This document shows positions 43,768-55,688 of a stretch of DNA of 64,000 bases, piece by piece (the first letter of the stretch is position 1; every line of letters starts with the position of its first letter). This DNA comes from Eledone cirrhosa (lineage: Eukaryota): assembly GCA_964016885.1 (NCBI GenBank), contig OZ024741.1:403992001-404056000 (forward strand), read 5' to 3'. The notes under the pieces are model-generated. The model saw nothing but the letters and a program-made list of their open reading frames with translations, had not been told where the DNA came from and searched no databases. A program made the position numbers and the translations under genes.

Positions 43768-46700
43768 GGGTGGAGTGTTGTTTGTAGTGTCAGTGAGAGG
43801 GATGGTGTGGTGTTGCAGGGTGGAGTGGTGTTTGTAGTGTCAGTGAGAGGGATGGTGTGGTGGTACAGGGTGGAGTGGTGTTTGTAGTGTCAGTGAGAGG
43901 GATTGTGTGGTGGTACAGGGTGGAGTGGTGTTTGTAGTGTCAGTGAGAGGGATGGTGTGGTGGTGCAGGGTGGAGTGGTGTTTGTAGTGTCAGTGAGAGG
44001 GATGGTGTCGTGGTACAGGGTGGAGTGGTGTTTGTAGTGTCAGTGAGAGGGATGGTGTGGTGATACATGGTGGAGTGGTGTTTGTAGTGTCAGTGAGAGG
44101 GATGGTGTGGTGATACATGGTGGAGTGGTGTTTGTAGTGTCAGTGTGAGGGATGGTGTGGTGTTACAGGGTGGACTGGTGTTTGTAGTGTCAGTGAGAGG
44201 GATTGTGTGGTGGTACAGGGTGGAGTGGTGTTTGTAGTGTCAGTGAGAGGGATGGTGTGGTGGTACAGGGTGTAGTGGTGTTTGTAGTGTCAGTGAGAGG
44301 GATGGTGTGGTGGTACATGATGGAGTGGTGTTTGTAGTGTCAGTGAGAGGGATGGTGTGGTGGTATAGGGTGGTGTCTGTAGTGTTAATGAGAGGGATGG
44401 TGTGGTGGTACAGGGTGGAGTGGTGTTTGTAGTGTCAGTGAGAGGGATGGTATGGTGGTACAGGGTGGAGTGGTGTTTGTAGTGTTAATGAGAGGGATGG
44501 TGTGGTGGTACAGGGTGGAGTGGAGTTTGTAGTGTTAATGAGAGGGATGGTGTGGTGGTACAGGGTGGAGTGGTGTTTGTAGTGTTAATGAGAGGGATGG
44601 TGTCGTGTTACAGGGTGGAGTGGTGTTTGTAGTGTCAGTGATAGGGATGGTGTGGTGGTACAGGGTGGAGTGGTGTTTGTAGTGTCAGTGAGAAGGATGG
44701 TGTGGTGGTACTGGGTGGAGTGGTGTTTGTAATGTCAGTGAGAGGGATGGTGTGGTGTTACAGGGTGGAGTGGTGTTTGTAGTGTTAATGAGAGGGATGG
44801 TGTGGTGGTACAGGGTGGAGTGGTGTTTGTAGTGTTAATGAGAGGGATGGTGTCGTGTTACAGGGTTGAGTGGTGTTTGTAGTGTCAGTGAGAGGGATGG
44901 TGTGGTGGTACAGAGTGGAGTGGTGTTTGTAGTGTTAATGAGAGGGATGGTGTGGTGGTATAGGGTGGAGTTGTGTTTGTAGTGTCAGTGAGAGGGATGG
45001 TGTCGTGTTACAGGTTGGAGTGGTGTTTGTTATGTTAATGAGAGGGATGGTGTGGTGGTACAGGGTGGAGTGGTGTTTGTAGTGTCAGTGTGAGGGATGG
45101 TGTCGTGTTACAGGGTGGAGTGGTGTTTTTAGTGTCAGTGAGAGGGATGGTGTGGTGATACAGGGTGGAGTGGTGTTTGTAGTGTTAATGAGAGGGATTG
45201 TGTGGTGGTACAGGGTGGAGTGGTGTTTGTAGTGTCAGTGAGAGGGATGGTGTGGTGGTACAGAGTGGAGTGGTGTTTGTAGTGTTAATGAGAGGGATGG
45301 TGTGGTGGTACAGGGTGGAGTGGTGTTTGTAGTGTTAACGAGAGGGATGGTGTGGTGGTACAGGGTGGAGTGGTGTTTGTAGTGTTAACGAGAGGGATGG
45401 TGTCCTGTTACAGGGTGGAGTGGTGTTTGTAGTGTTAATGAGAGGGATGGTGTGGTGATACATGGTGGAGTGGTTTTGTAGTGTCAGTGAGAGGGATGGT
45501 GTGGTGGTACAGGGTGGAGTGGTGTTTGTAGTGTCAGTGAGAGGGATGGTGTCGTGTTACAGGGTGGAGTGGTGTTTCTAGTGTTAATGAGAGGGATGGT
45601 GTGGTGATACATGGTGGAGTGGTGTTTGTAGTGTTAATTAGAGGGATGGTGTGTTGATACATGGTGGAGTGGTTTTGTAGTGTCAGTGAGAGGGATGGTG
45701 TGGTGGTACAGGGTGGAGTGGTGTTTGTAGTGTCAGTGAGAGGGATGGTGTCGTGTTACAGGGTGGAGTGGTGTTTGTAGTGTTAATGAGAGGGATGGTG
45801 TGGTGGTACAGGGTGGAGTGGTGTTTGCAGTGTCAGTGAGAGGGATGGTGTTGTGTTACAGGGTGGAGTGGTGTTTGTAGTGTCAGTGAGAGGGATGGTG
45901 TGGTGGTACAGGGTGGAGTGGTGTTTGTAGTGTCAGTGAGAGGGATAGTGTGGTGATACATGATGGAGTGGTGTTTGTAGTGTCAGTGAGAGGGATGGTG
46001 TGGTGATACATGATGGAGTGGTGTTTGTAGTGTCAGTGAGACGGATGGTGTCGTGTTACAGGGTGGAGTGGTGTTTGTAGCGTCAGTGAGACGGATGGTG
46101 TCGTGTTACAGGGTGGAGTGGTGTTTGTAGTGTCAGTGAGAGGGATGGTGTGGTGGTGCAGGGTGGAGTGGTGTTTGTAGTGTCAGTGAGAGGGATGGTG
46201 TTGTGGTACAGGGTGGAGTGGTGTTTGTAGTGTTAATGAGAGGGATGGTGTGGTTGTACAGGGTGGAGTGGTGTTTGTAGTGTCAGTGAGAGGGATGGTG
46301 TGGTGATACAGTGTGGAGTGGTGTTTGTAGTGTTAATGAGAGGGATTGTGTCGTGTTACAGCGTGGAGTGGTGTTTGTAGTGTCAGTGATAGGGATGGTG
46401 TGGTGGTACAGGGTGGAGTGGTGTTTGTAGTGTTAATGAGAGGGATGGTGTGGTGGTACAGGGTGGAGTGTTGTTTGTAGTGTTAATTTGAGGGATGGTG
46501 TCGTGTTACAGGGTGGAGTGGTGTTTGTTGTGTTAATGAGAGGGATGGTGTGGTGGTACAGGGTGGAGTGGTGTTTGTAGTGTTAATGAGAGGGATGGTG
46601 TCGTGTTACACGGTGGAGTGGTGTTTGTAGTGTCAGTGAGAGGGATGGTGTGGTGGTACAGGGTGGAGTGGTGTTTGTAGTGTCAGTGAGAGGGATGGTG

Positions 46701-49700
46701 TGGTGGTACAGGGTGGAGTGGTGTTTGTAGTGTTAATGAGAGGGATGGTGTGGTGGTACAGGGTGGAGTGGTGTTTGTAGTGTCAGTGAGAGGGATGGTG
46801 TGGTGGTACAGGGTGGAGTGGTGTTTGTAGTGTTAATGAGAGGGATGGTGTGGTGGTACAGGGTGGAGTGGTGTTTGTAGTGTCAGTGAGAGGGATGGTG
46901 TGGTGGTACAGGGTGGAGTGGTGTTTGTAGTGTCATCGAGAGGGATGGTGTGGTGGTACAGGGTGGAGTGGTGTTTGTAGTGTTAATGAGGGGGATGGTG
47001 TCGTGTTACACGGTGCAGTGGTGTTTGTAGTGTCAGTGAGAGGGATGGTGTGGTGGTACAGGGTGGAGTGGTGTTTGTAGTGTCAGTGAGAGGGATGGTG
47101 TGGTGGTACAGGGTGGAGTGGTGTTTGTAGTGTTAATGAGAGGGATGGTGTGGTGGTACAGGGTGGAGTGGTGTTTGTAGTGTCAGTGAGAGGGATGGTG
47201 TGGTGGTACAGGGTGGAGTGGTGTTTGTAGTGTTAATGAGAGGGATGGTGTGGTGGTACAGGGTGGAGTGGTGTTTGTAGTGTCAGTGAGAGGGATGGTG
47301 TGGTGGTACAGGGTGGAGTGGTGTTTGTAGTGTCATCGAGAGGGATGGTGTGGTGGTACAGGTTGGAGTGGTGTTTGTAGTGTTAATGAGAGGGATGGTG
47401 TGCTGGTACAGGGTGGAGTGGTGTTTGTAGTGTCAGTGAGAGGGATGGTGTGGTGGTACAGGGTGGAGTGGTGTTTGTAGTGTCAGTGAGAGGGATGGTG
47501 TGGTGGTACAGGGTGGAGTGGTGTTTGTAGTGTTAATGAGAGGGATGGTGTGGTGGTACAGGGTGGAGTGGTGTTTGTAGTGTCAGTGAGAGGGATGGTG
47601 TGGTGGTACAGGGTGGAGTGGTGTTTGTAGTGTCATCGAGAGGGATGGTGTGGTGGTACAGGGTGGAGTGGTGTTTGTAGTGTTAATGAGAGGGATGGTG
47701 TGGTGGTACAGGGTGGAGTGGTGTTTGTAGTGTCAGTGAGAGGGATGGTGTGGTGGTACAGGGTGGAGTGGTGTTTGTAGTGTCAGTGAGAGGGATGGTG
47801 TGGTGGTACAGGGTGGAGTGGTGTTTGTAGTGTCAGTGAGAGGGATGGTGTGGTGGTACAGGGTGGAGTGGTGTTTGTAGTGTTAATGAGAGGGATGGTG
47901 TGGTGGTACAGGGTGGAGTGGTGTTTGTAGTGTCAGTGAGAGGGATGGTGTGGTGGTACAGGGTGGAGTGGTGTTTGTAGTGTCAGTGAGAGGGATGGTG
48001 TGGTGGTACAGGGTGGAGTGTTGTTTGTAGTGTCAGTGAGAGGGATGGTGTGGTGGTGCAGGGTGGAGTGGGGTTTGTAGTGTTAATGAGAGGGATGGTG
48101 TGGTGGTACAGGGTGGAGTGGTGTTTGTAGTGTCAGTGAGAGGGATGGTGTGGTGTTACAGGGTGTAGTGGTGTTTGTAGTGTTAATGAGAGGGATTGTG
48201 TCGTGTTACAGGGTGGAGTGGTGTTTGTAGTGTTAATGAGAGCGATTGTGTCGTGTTACAGGGTGGAGTGGTGTTTGTAGTGTTAATGAGAGGGATGGTG
48301 TGGTGGTACAGGGTGGAGTGGTGTTTGTAGTGTTAATGAGAGGGATGGTGTCGTGTTACACGGTGGAGTGGTGTTTGTAGTGTCAGTGAGAGGGATGGTG
48401 TGGTGGTACAGGGTGGAGTGGTGTTTGTAGTGTCAGTGAGAGGGATGGTGTGGTGGTACAGGGTGGAGTGGTGTTTGTAGTGTTAATGAGAGGGATGGTG
48501 TGGTGGTACAGGGTGGAGTGGTGTTTGTAGTGTCAGTGAGAGGGATGGTGTGGTGGTACAGGGTGGAGTGGTGTTTGTAGTGTCAGTGAGAGGGATGGTG
48601 TGGTGGTACAGGGTGGAGTGTTGTTTGTAGTGTCAGTGAGAGCGATGGTGTGGTGGTGCAGGGTGGAGTGGGGTTTGTAGTGTTAATGAGAGGGATGGTG
48701 TGGTGGTACAGGGTGGAGTGGTGTTTGTAGTGTCAGTGAGAGGGATGGTGTGGTGTTACAGGGTGTAGTGGTGTTTGTAGTGTTAATGAGAGGGATTGTG
48801 TCGTGTTACAGGGTGGAGTGGTGTTTGTAGTGTTAATGAGAGAATTGTGTCGTGTTACAGCGTGGAGTGGTGTTTGTAGTGTCAGTGAGAGGGATGGTGT
48901 GGTGTTACATGGTGGAGTGGTGTTTGTAGTGTCAGTGAGAGGGATGGTGTGGTGGTACAGGGTGGAGTGGTGTTTGTAGTGTTAATGAGAGGGATGGTGT
49001 GGTGGTACAGGGTGGAGTGGTGTTTGTAGTGTCAGTGAGAGGGATGGTGTGGTGGTACAGGGTGGAGTGGTGTTTGTAGTGTTAATGAGAGGGATGGTGT
49101 GGTGGTACAGGGTGGAGTGGTGTTTGTAGTGTCAGTGAGAGGGATGGTGTGGTGGTACAGGGTGGAGTGGTGTTTGTAGTGTCATCGAGAGGGATGGTGC
49201 GGTGGTACAGGGTGGAGTGGTGTTTGTAGTGTTAATGAGAGGGATGGTGTGGTGGTACAGGGTGGAGTGGTGTTTGTAGTGTCAGTGAGAGGGATGGTGT
49301 GGTGGTACAGGGTGGAGTGGTGTTTGTAGTGTCAGTGAGAGGGATGGTGTGGTGGTACAGGGTGGAGTGGTGTTTGTAGTGTTAATGAGAGGGATGGTGT
49401 GGTGGTACAGGGTGGAGTGGTGTTTGTAGTGTCAGTGAGAGGGATGGTGTGGTGGTACAGGGTGGAGTGGTGTTTGTAGTGTCATCGAGAGGGATGGTGT
49501 GGTGGTACAGGGTGGAGTGGTGTTTGTAGTGTTAATGAGAGGGATGGTGTGGTGGTACAGGGTGGAGTGGTGTTTGTAGTGTCAGTGAGAGGGATGGTGT
49601 GGTGGTACAGGGTGGAGTGGTGTTTGTAGTGTCAGTGAGAGGGATGGTGTGGTGGTACAGGGTGGAGTGGTGTTTGTAGTGTCAGTGAGAGGGATGGTGT

Positions 49701-51069
49701 GGTGGTACAGGGTGGAGTGGTGTTTGTAGTGTTAATGAGAGGGATGGTGTGGTGGTACAGGGTGGAGTGGTGTTTGTAGTGTCAGTGAGAGGGATGGTGT
49801 GGTGGTACAGGGTGGAGTGGTGTTTGTAGTGTCAGTGAGAGGGATGGTGTGGTGGTACAGGGTGGAGTGTTGTTTGTAGTGTCAGTGAGAGGGATGGTGT
49901 GGTGGTGCAGGGTGGAGTGGGGTTTGTAGTGTTAATGAGAGGGATGGTGTGGTGGTACAGGGTGGAGTGGTGTTTGTAGTGTCAGTGAGAGGGATGGTGT
50001 GGTGTTACAGGGTGTAGTGGTGTTTGTAGTGTTAATGAGAGGGATTGTGTCGTGTTACAGGGTGGAGTGGTGTTTGTAGTGTTAATGAGAGCGATTGTGT
50101 CGTGTTACAGGGTGGAGTGGTGTTTGTAGTGTTAATGAGAGGGATGGTGTGGTGGTACAGGGTGGAGTGGTGTTTGTAGTGTTAATGAGAGGGTTGGTGT
50201 CGTGTTACACGGTGGAGTGGTGTTTGTAGTGTCAGTGAGAAGGATGGTGTGGTGGTACAGGGTGGAGTGGTGTTTGTAGTGTCAGTGAGAGGGATGGTGT
50301 GGTGGTACAGGGTGGAGTGGTGTTTGTAGTGTTAATGAGAGGGATGGTGTGGTGGTACAGGGTGGAGTGGTGTTTGTAGTGTCAGTGAGAGGGATGGTGT
50401 GGTGGTACAGGGTGGAGTGGTGTTTGTAGTGTCAGTGAGAGGGATGGTGTGGTGGTACAGGGTGGAGTGTTGTTTGTAGTGTCAGTGAGAGCGATGGTGT
50501 GGTGGTGCAGGGTGGAGTGGGGTTTGTAGTGTTAATGAGAGGGATGGTGTGGTGGTACAGGGTGGAGTGGTGTTTGTAGTGTCAGTGAGAGGGATGGTGT
50601 GGTGTTACAGGGTGTAGTGGTGTTTGTAGTGTTAATGAGAGGGATTGTGTCGTGTTACAGGGTGGAGTGGTGTTTGTAGTGTTAATGAGAGCGATTGTGT
50701 CGTGTTACAGCGTGGAGTGGTGTTTGTAGTGTCAGTGAGAGGGATGGTGTGGTGTTACATGGTGTAGTGGTGTTTGTAGTGTCAGTGAGAGGGATGGTGT
50801 GGTGATACATGATGGAGTGGTGTTTGTAGTGTCAGTGAGAGGGATGGTGTGGTGATACATGATGGAGTGGTGTTTGTAGTGTCAGTGAGAGGGATAGTGT
50901 GGTGATACATGATGGAGTGGTGTTTGTAGTGTCAGTGAGAGGGATGGTGTGGTGATACATGATGGAGTGGTGTTTGTAGTGTCAGTGAGAGGGATGGTGT
51001 GGTGATACATGATGGAGTGGTGTTTGTAGTGTCAGTGAGAGGGATGGTGTGGTGTAACAGGGTGGAGTG
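43768..51069. repeat. 50-bp G-rich tandem minisatellite, ~146 copies, consensus GGGTGGAGTGGTGTTTGTAGTGTCAGTGAGAGGGATGGTGTGGTGGTACA
   Basis: Unit read directly. Common variants are GTCAGT/GTTAAT/GTCATC and TGGTGGTACA/TCGTGTTACA/TGGTGATACA. Copy number is span divided by 50. Confidence 0.97.
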
Positions 51070-51540
51070 GTAGTGTTTGTATTGGTGGTAGTGGTTGTAG
51101 AGGTAGTAGTGGTATTACTGGTTGTGGTGGTAATGGTGGCAGTGGTAGTGGTAGTGGCAGTAGTGGTAGTGATGGTAGTGGTAGTAATGGTGGTAGTGGT
51201 GGCAGTGGTAGTGGTAGTAGTGGTAGCGATGGTAGTGGTAGTAATGGTGGTAGTGGTGGTATAGGTGGTAGTGGCAGTGGTAGTGGTAGTGGTAGTAGTG
51301 GTAGTGGTGGTAGTGGTAGTAGTGTTAGTGGTGGTAGTGTTGCTAGTGGTAGTAGTGGTAGTGGTATTAGTGGTAGTAGTGGTAGTGGTGGCAGTGGTGG
51401 TACTGGTGGTAGTGGTAGTATTCGTAGTGGTGGTAGTACTGGTTTTAATATTAGTGGTGGTAGTAGTAGTAGTGATGGTAGTGGTGGTCGTTGTGGCAGC
51501 AGTGGTAGTAGTGGTGGTAGTAGTAGTGGTGGCAGTAGTT
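51070..51540. repeat. Degenerate (GTG/GTA)n trinucleotide low-complexity tract
   Basis: Runs such as gtagtggtagtggtggtagta. Confidence 0.9.
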
Positions 51541-51601
51541 ATGTCGTCAAGCTATTTGAAATAGTTTACAAGGTGAAGTTGTATGAAAATGGTCGTAAAC
51601 G

Positions 51602-52322
51602 TACTACTACTACTACTACTACTACATCCACCCTCACCACCACTACCACCACCACCACCAACCCTACCACTACTAATACCACCCTCACCACCACTACCAC
51701 TACTACTACCACCACTACTACTACCACCACTACCACCACTACCACCACTACCACCAGTACCACTACCATTACTACCACCACCACCACTACTACTAACACA
51801 CAACAACGACACCAGCACCACTACTGCCACCACTACAACTATTACACAACAACAACACCTCCAGCACCACTACTACCACCAACACCACCACCACTACCAC
51901 CACAACCACAACAACACCACTACCAGCACTACTGCAGTCAATATTACCACCGTTACCACTGCCACTACTACCACCACTACCACCACCACTACCACCACCT
52001 CTACCACCACTACTATCACCACCACTACCACAATAACGACACCACCACTACCACCACTACCACCACTCCCACAACGTCACCAGCACCACCACTACCACCA
52101 CCACTACCACCACCTCTACCACCTCTACTATCACCACCACTACCACAATAACGACACCACCACTACCACCACTACCACAACGTCACCAGCACCACCACAA
52201 CCACCACCTCTACCACCACTATTATCACCACCACTACCACAATAACGACACCACCACTACCACCACTACCACAACGTCACCAGCACCACCACTACCACCA
52301 CCACTGCTACAGTCACTACTAC
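51602..52322. repeat. Degenerate (CAC/TAC)n tract containing about three copies of a ~95-115 bp unit
   Basis: accactaccacc runs; the motif tatcaccaccactaccacaataacgacaccaccac...acaacgtcaccagcaccacc recurs near 52013, 52128 and 52222. Confidence 0.88.
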
Positions 52323-52393
52323 AGGTAGTAAGATAGCCGCAATGCAGTATTTCGTTGGCACCGTTCCAATAAACTTACACATATCACAACTGT

Positions 52394-52635
52394 TCTCTAT
52401 CACACACACACACACACTCTATAGCACTCTCTCTATCACACACACACACACACTCTATAGCACTCTCTCTATCACACACACACACACTCTATAGCACTCT
52501 CTCTATCACACACACTCTATAGCACTCTCTCTATCACACACACACACACTCTAAAGCTCTCTCTCTATCACACACACACACACTCTATAGCACTCTCTCT
52601 ATCACACACACACACACTCTGTAGCACTCTCTCTA

Positions 52636-52694
<59 letters not shown>

Positions 52695-53079
52695 ATAGCA
52701 CTCTCTCTATCACACACACACACACTCTATAGCACTCTCTCTATCACACACACACACACTCTATAGCACTCTCTCTATCACACACACACACACTCTATAG
52801 CACTCTCTCTATCACACACACACACACTCTATAGCACTCTCTCTATCACACACACACACACTCTATAGCACTCTCTCTATCACACACACACACACACTCT
52901 ATAGCACTCTCTCTATCACATACACACACACTCTATAGCACTCTCTCTATCACACACACACACACTCTATAGCACTCTCTCTATCACACACACTCTATAG
53001 CACTCTCTCTATCACACACACACACACTCTAAAGCTCTCTCTCTATCACACACACACACACTCTATAGCACTCTCTCTA

Positions 53080-53123
<44 letters not shown>

Positions 53124-53243
53124 GCACTCTCTCTATCACACACACACACACACACTCTAAAGCTCTCTCTCTCTCTCTCACATACACACACTCTATAGCA
53201 CTCTCTCTATCACACACACACACACTCTATAGCACTCTCTCTA

Positions 53244-53294
<51 letters not shown>

Positions 53295-53440
53295 AAAGCT
53301 CTCTCTCTCTCTCTCACATACACACACTCTATAGCATTCTCTCTATCACACACACACACACTCTATAGCACTCTCTCTATCACACACACATACACACACA
53401 CACTCCATACTTCTCTCACATACACACACACTCTATAGCT
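52394..53440. repeat. Compound minisatellite: [CTCTATAGCACTCTCTCTAT + (CA)n] tandem units of variable length
   Basis: Constant ~20-bp core repeated over 20 times, separated by (CA)n of variable length; variant core CTCTAAAGCTCTCT recurs. Confidence 0.92.
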
Positions 53441-54266
53441 CTCTCTCTCTATCTCTATCACACAATGTATACTTCTCTCTCTCTCACTCTCTCTCTCTCT
53501 CTGTTTTACTTACTCTATCAGTTTCTCGTTCTCTTTTACTCTCTCTCTATCTATCTACATGTGTGTGTCTAGATTTCTCTCTCCCTCTCTCACTATCTTT
53601 CTCTGTCTCCCTCAGACATTTCTCTCTCCCTCTCTCACTATCTCTGTCTCTATCTCAGACACCTCTCTCTCCCTCCCTCATTATCTCTGTCTCTCTCTCT
53701 CACTCTCTCACTCTCTCACTCTCTCCCTCACTATCTCTGTCTCTCCTTCTCTCCCTCACTATATCTATCTCTCCCTCTCTCTCTATTATGTCACATTACT
53801 CTCTGCTATCTTCTCTACACCCACTTCTCCCTCTCTTCCTCCAACTCTTTTCAATTCATAGCCCCCCTCCCTCCTTTCTCTCTCACTTTCTCTCTGTCTC
53901 TCGCTCTCTCTATCTATCTATCTATCTATCTATCTAACTTTCTCTGTCTCTCCTCTCTCTGTCTCTCTCTCTCTTGTTTCCCCTCTTTTTCTCCTCCTAC
54001 TTTCTCTATCTATCATTCTGCCCCCCCCCTCCCGTTTTACACCTCTTACTATCTCTGTTTCTCCCACCTTCTCTATCTATCTCTCGTTTTCCCGCTATCT
54101 CCCCGTCTCATTCTATCGTTCTCTCTCTCTCTCTCCTTCTCCCCCTCCCTCAATCACGTTATCCTCTCCTCTGCCTACCCTCATACCCGCTGTCATTTAT
54201 TCGTGTCTGAAAATATATCTCACTCTTGTTCTACCTGTGGCCGCTCTCTCTCTCTTCTTCACATCA

Positions 54267-54297
<31 letters not shown>

Positions 54298-54322
54298 ATC
54301 TATCTATATATCTATATATCAC

Positions 54323-54342
<20 letters not shown>
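53441..54342. repeat. Degenerate (CT)n polypyrimidine low-complexity tract
   Basis: CT/CTAT/CTGT runs with very few purines on the + strand. Confidence 0.85.
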
Positions 54343-54379
<37 letters not shown>

Positions 54380-54507
54380 CACACACATATATATATATAT
54401 ATAGGAAAATGTATGACCCTGACGGCAGAGTTCAAGCCGTTTCGATGGCTATGACCCACTCTACTACCCTAAGTATAACTTCGTTATATATATATATATA
54501 TATATAT

Positions 54508-54968
54508 ATGAATGTATATATAGTGTATTTTGCAATACACTGTATGCTTAATTAAAAGCATTTCGAAGACCTTACGCTATTGTTTTAGAGTAGTGACAGT
54601 CTCACTTACTTAAAATTTTCAGCAATTTTCATGAATGTTTGATTCTTATAGAATTCTAGTAATAATCAGGAACTGATTATACAGAGCGGTTGCCGGTCAA
54701 GCAGAAATTGAAAATTAGAATTGGTGCTCTGAAATAGGGATATATTTATAAGAATCAAACATTCATGATTTTCAGCAAACAGGTGGAGTACTTAGCTTTG
54801 ATAAATACCAAAAAGTACGAAACAGAGGTCTGTCAGCTTTATCTCCCCTGTTTGCGAAAATTTAAAGTAAGTGAGACTGTCACTACTCTAAAACAAAAGC
54901 GTAAGGTCTTCGAAATGCTTTTAATTAAGCATACAGTGTATAGCAAAATACACTACATATACATTCAT
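54508..54968. mobile_element. Long inverted-repeat (fold-back) element with a degenerate hammerhead at its apex and a nested insertion in its left arm
   Basis: 54508-54620 (atgaatgt...aagcatttcgaagaccttacgc...cacttacttaaaattttc) is the near reverse complement of 54854-54968; inner arms 54769-54790 and 54840-54860 also pair. Mobile-element identity is inferred. Confidence 0.7.
54794..54838 (+). ncRNA. Degenerate type I hammerhead ribozyme (core mutated)
   Basis: AGCU-[UUGAUAA]-AUAC-CAAAAA-GUAC-GAA-ACAGA-GG-UCUGU-C-AGCU. Stems I, II and III are present; the core differs from CUGAUGA at two positions. Confidence 0.6.
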
Positions 54969-55028
54969 ATATATATATCGCTATTTCAGAGCACCAATTC
55001 TAATATATATATATATATATATATACAT

Positions 55029-55061
<33 letters not shown>

Positions 55062-55066
<5 letters not shown>

Positions 55067-55187
55067 ATTTCTAAAGAATGAAACAGTTCTAGTCCTGTAG
55101 AATCTCATCTATATTAAAACTTTTATACTCTGCTATGTATTGAGTACCTTACTTACTGTGGTTACCTCCGATTCAACCCGGAATAAC
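55062..55187 (+). mobile_element. ~125-bp dispersed element starting in a truncated hammerhead core; homolog of 58131-58250 on the opposite strand
   Basis: tgatgatttctaaagaatgaaacagttctagtcctgtagaa...gagtaccttactt...ggttacctccgattcaacccgg aligns with the reverse complement of 58131-58250; (TA)n on both sides. Confidence 0.75.
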
Positions 55188-55276
<89 letters not shown>

Positions 55277-55350
55277 TATATAAATATGTATATGTTGATT
55301 TAAAACTGCACTATTCACAAGTATTTTTTAACCTTCATATCATGTCTTCC

Positions 55351-55421
55351 TATTTTATCTGATGAAAACACAAATATTATTGCATGATGATATTTGTTTT
55401 TGAAATGCGCATAATGAAATA
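55351..55421 (+). ncRNA. Type I hammerhead ribozyme, apparently intact
   Basis: Stem I UAUUUUAU/AUGAAAUA (8 bp); CUGAUGA at 55359-55365; ~15-bp stem II with one mismatch; GAAA at 55402-55405; palindromic stem III AUGCGCAU; predicted cleavage after AUA at 55413. Confidence 0.85.
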
Positions 55422-55591
55422 CATGGAACTCTTTTAACCATCTTTTGATCTTATATATATATATATATATATATATATGTCTTCTAGCAAGCACCCCCTC
55501 CCTCTAAATCAATAACAGTTAATTCTTACTGGCGACAGACGCTGCATATATTGTGTTAATATTAGACGTTTCTAAACTATCTATCCCTTTA

Positions 55592-55607
55592 ACACACACA
55601 CAAACAC

Positions 55608-55686
<79 letters not shown>
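55592..55686. repeat. (CA)n microsatellite
   Basis: Nearly perfect AC run. Confidence 0.95.

Positions 55687-55688
<2 letters not shown>

Noticed and set aside
43768-53440. CRISPR array
   Set aside because: No unique spacers, no cas genes, eukaryotic context.
54416-54470. Minus-strand GAAACGGC-loop-GCCGUC hairpin resembling the 3' half of a hammerhead
   Set aside because: No CUGAnGA core upstream; at most a relic.
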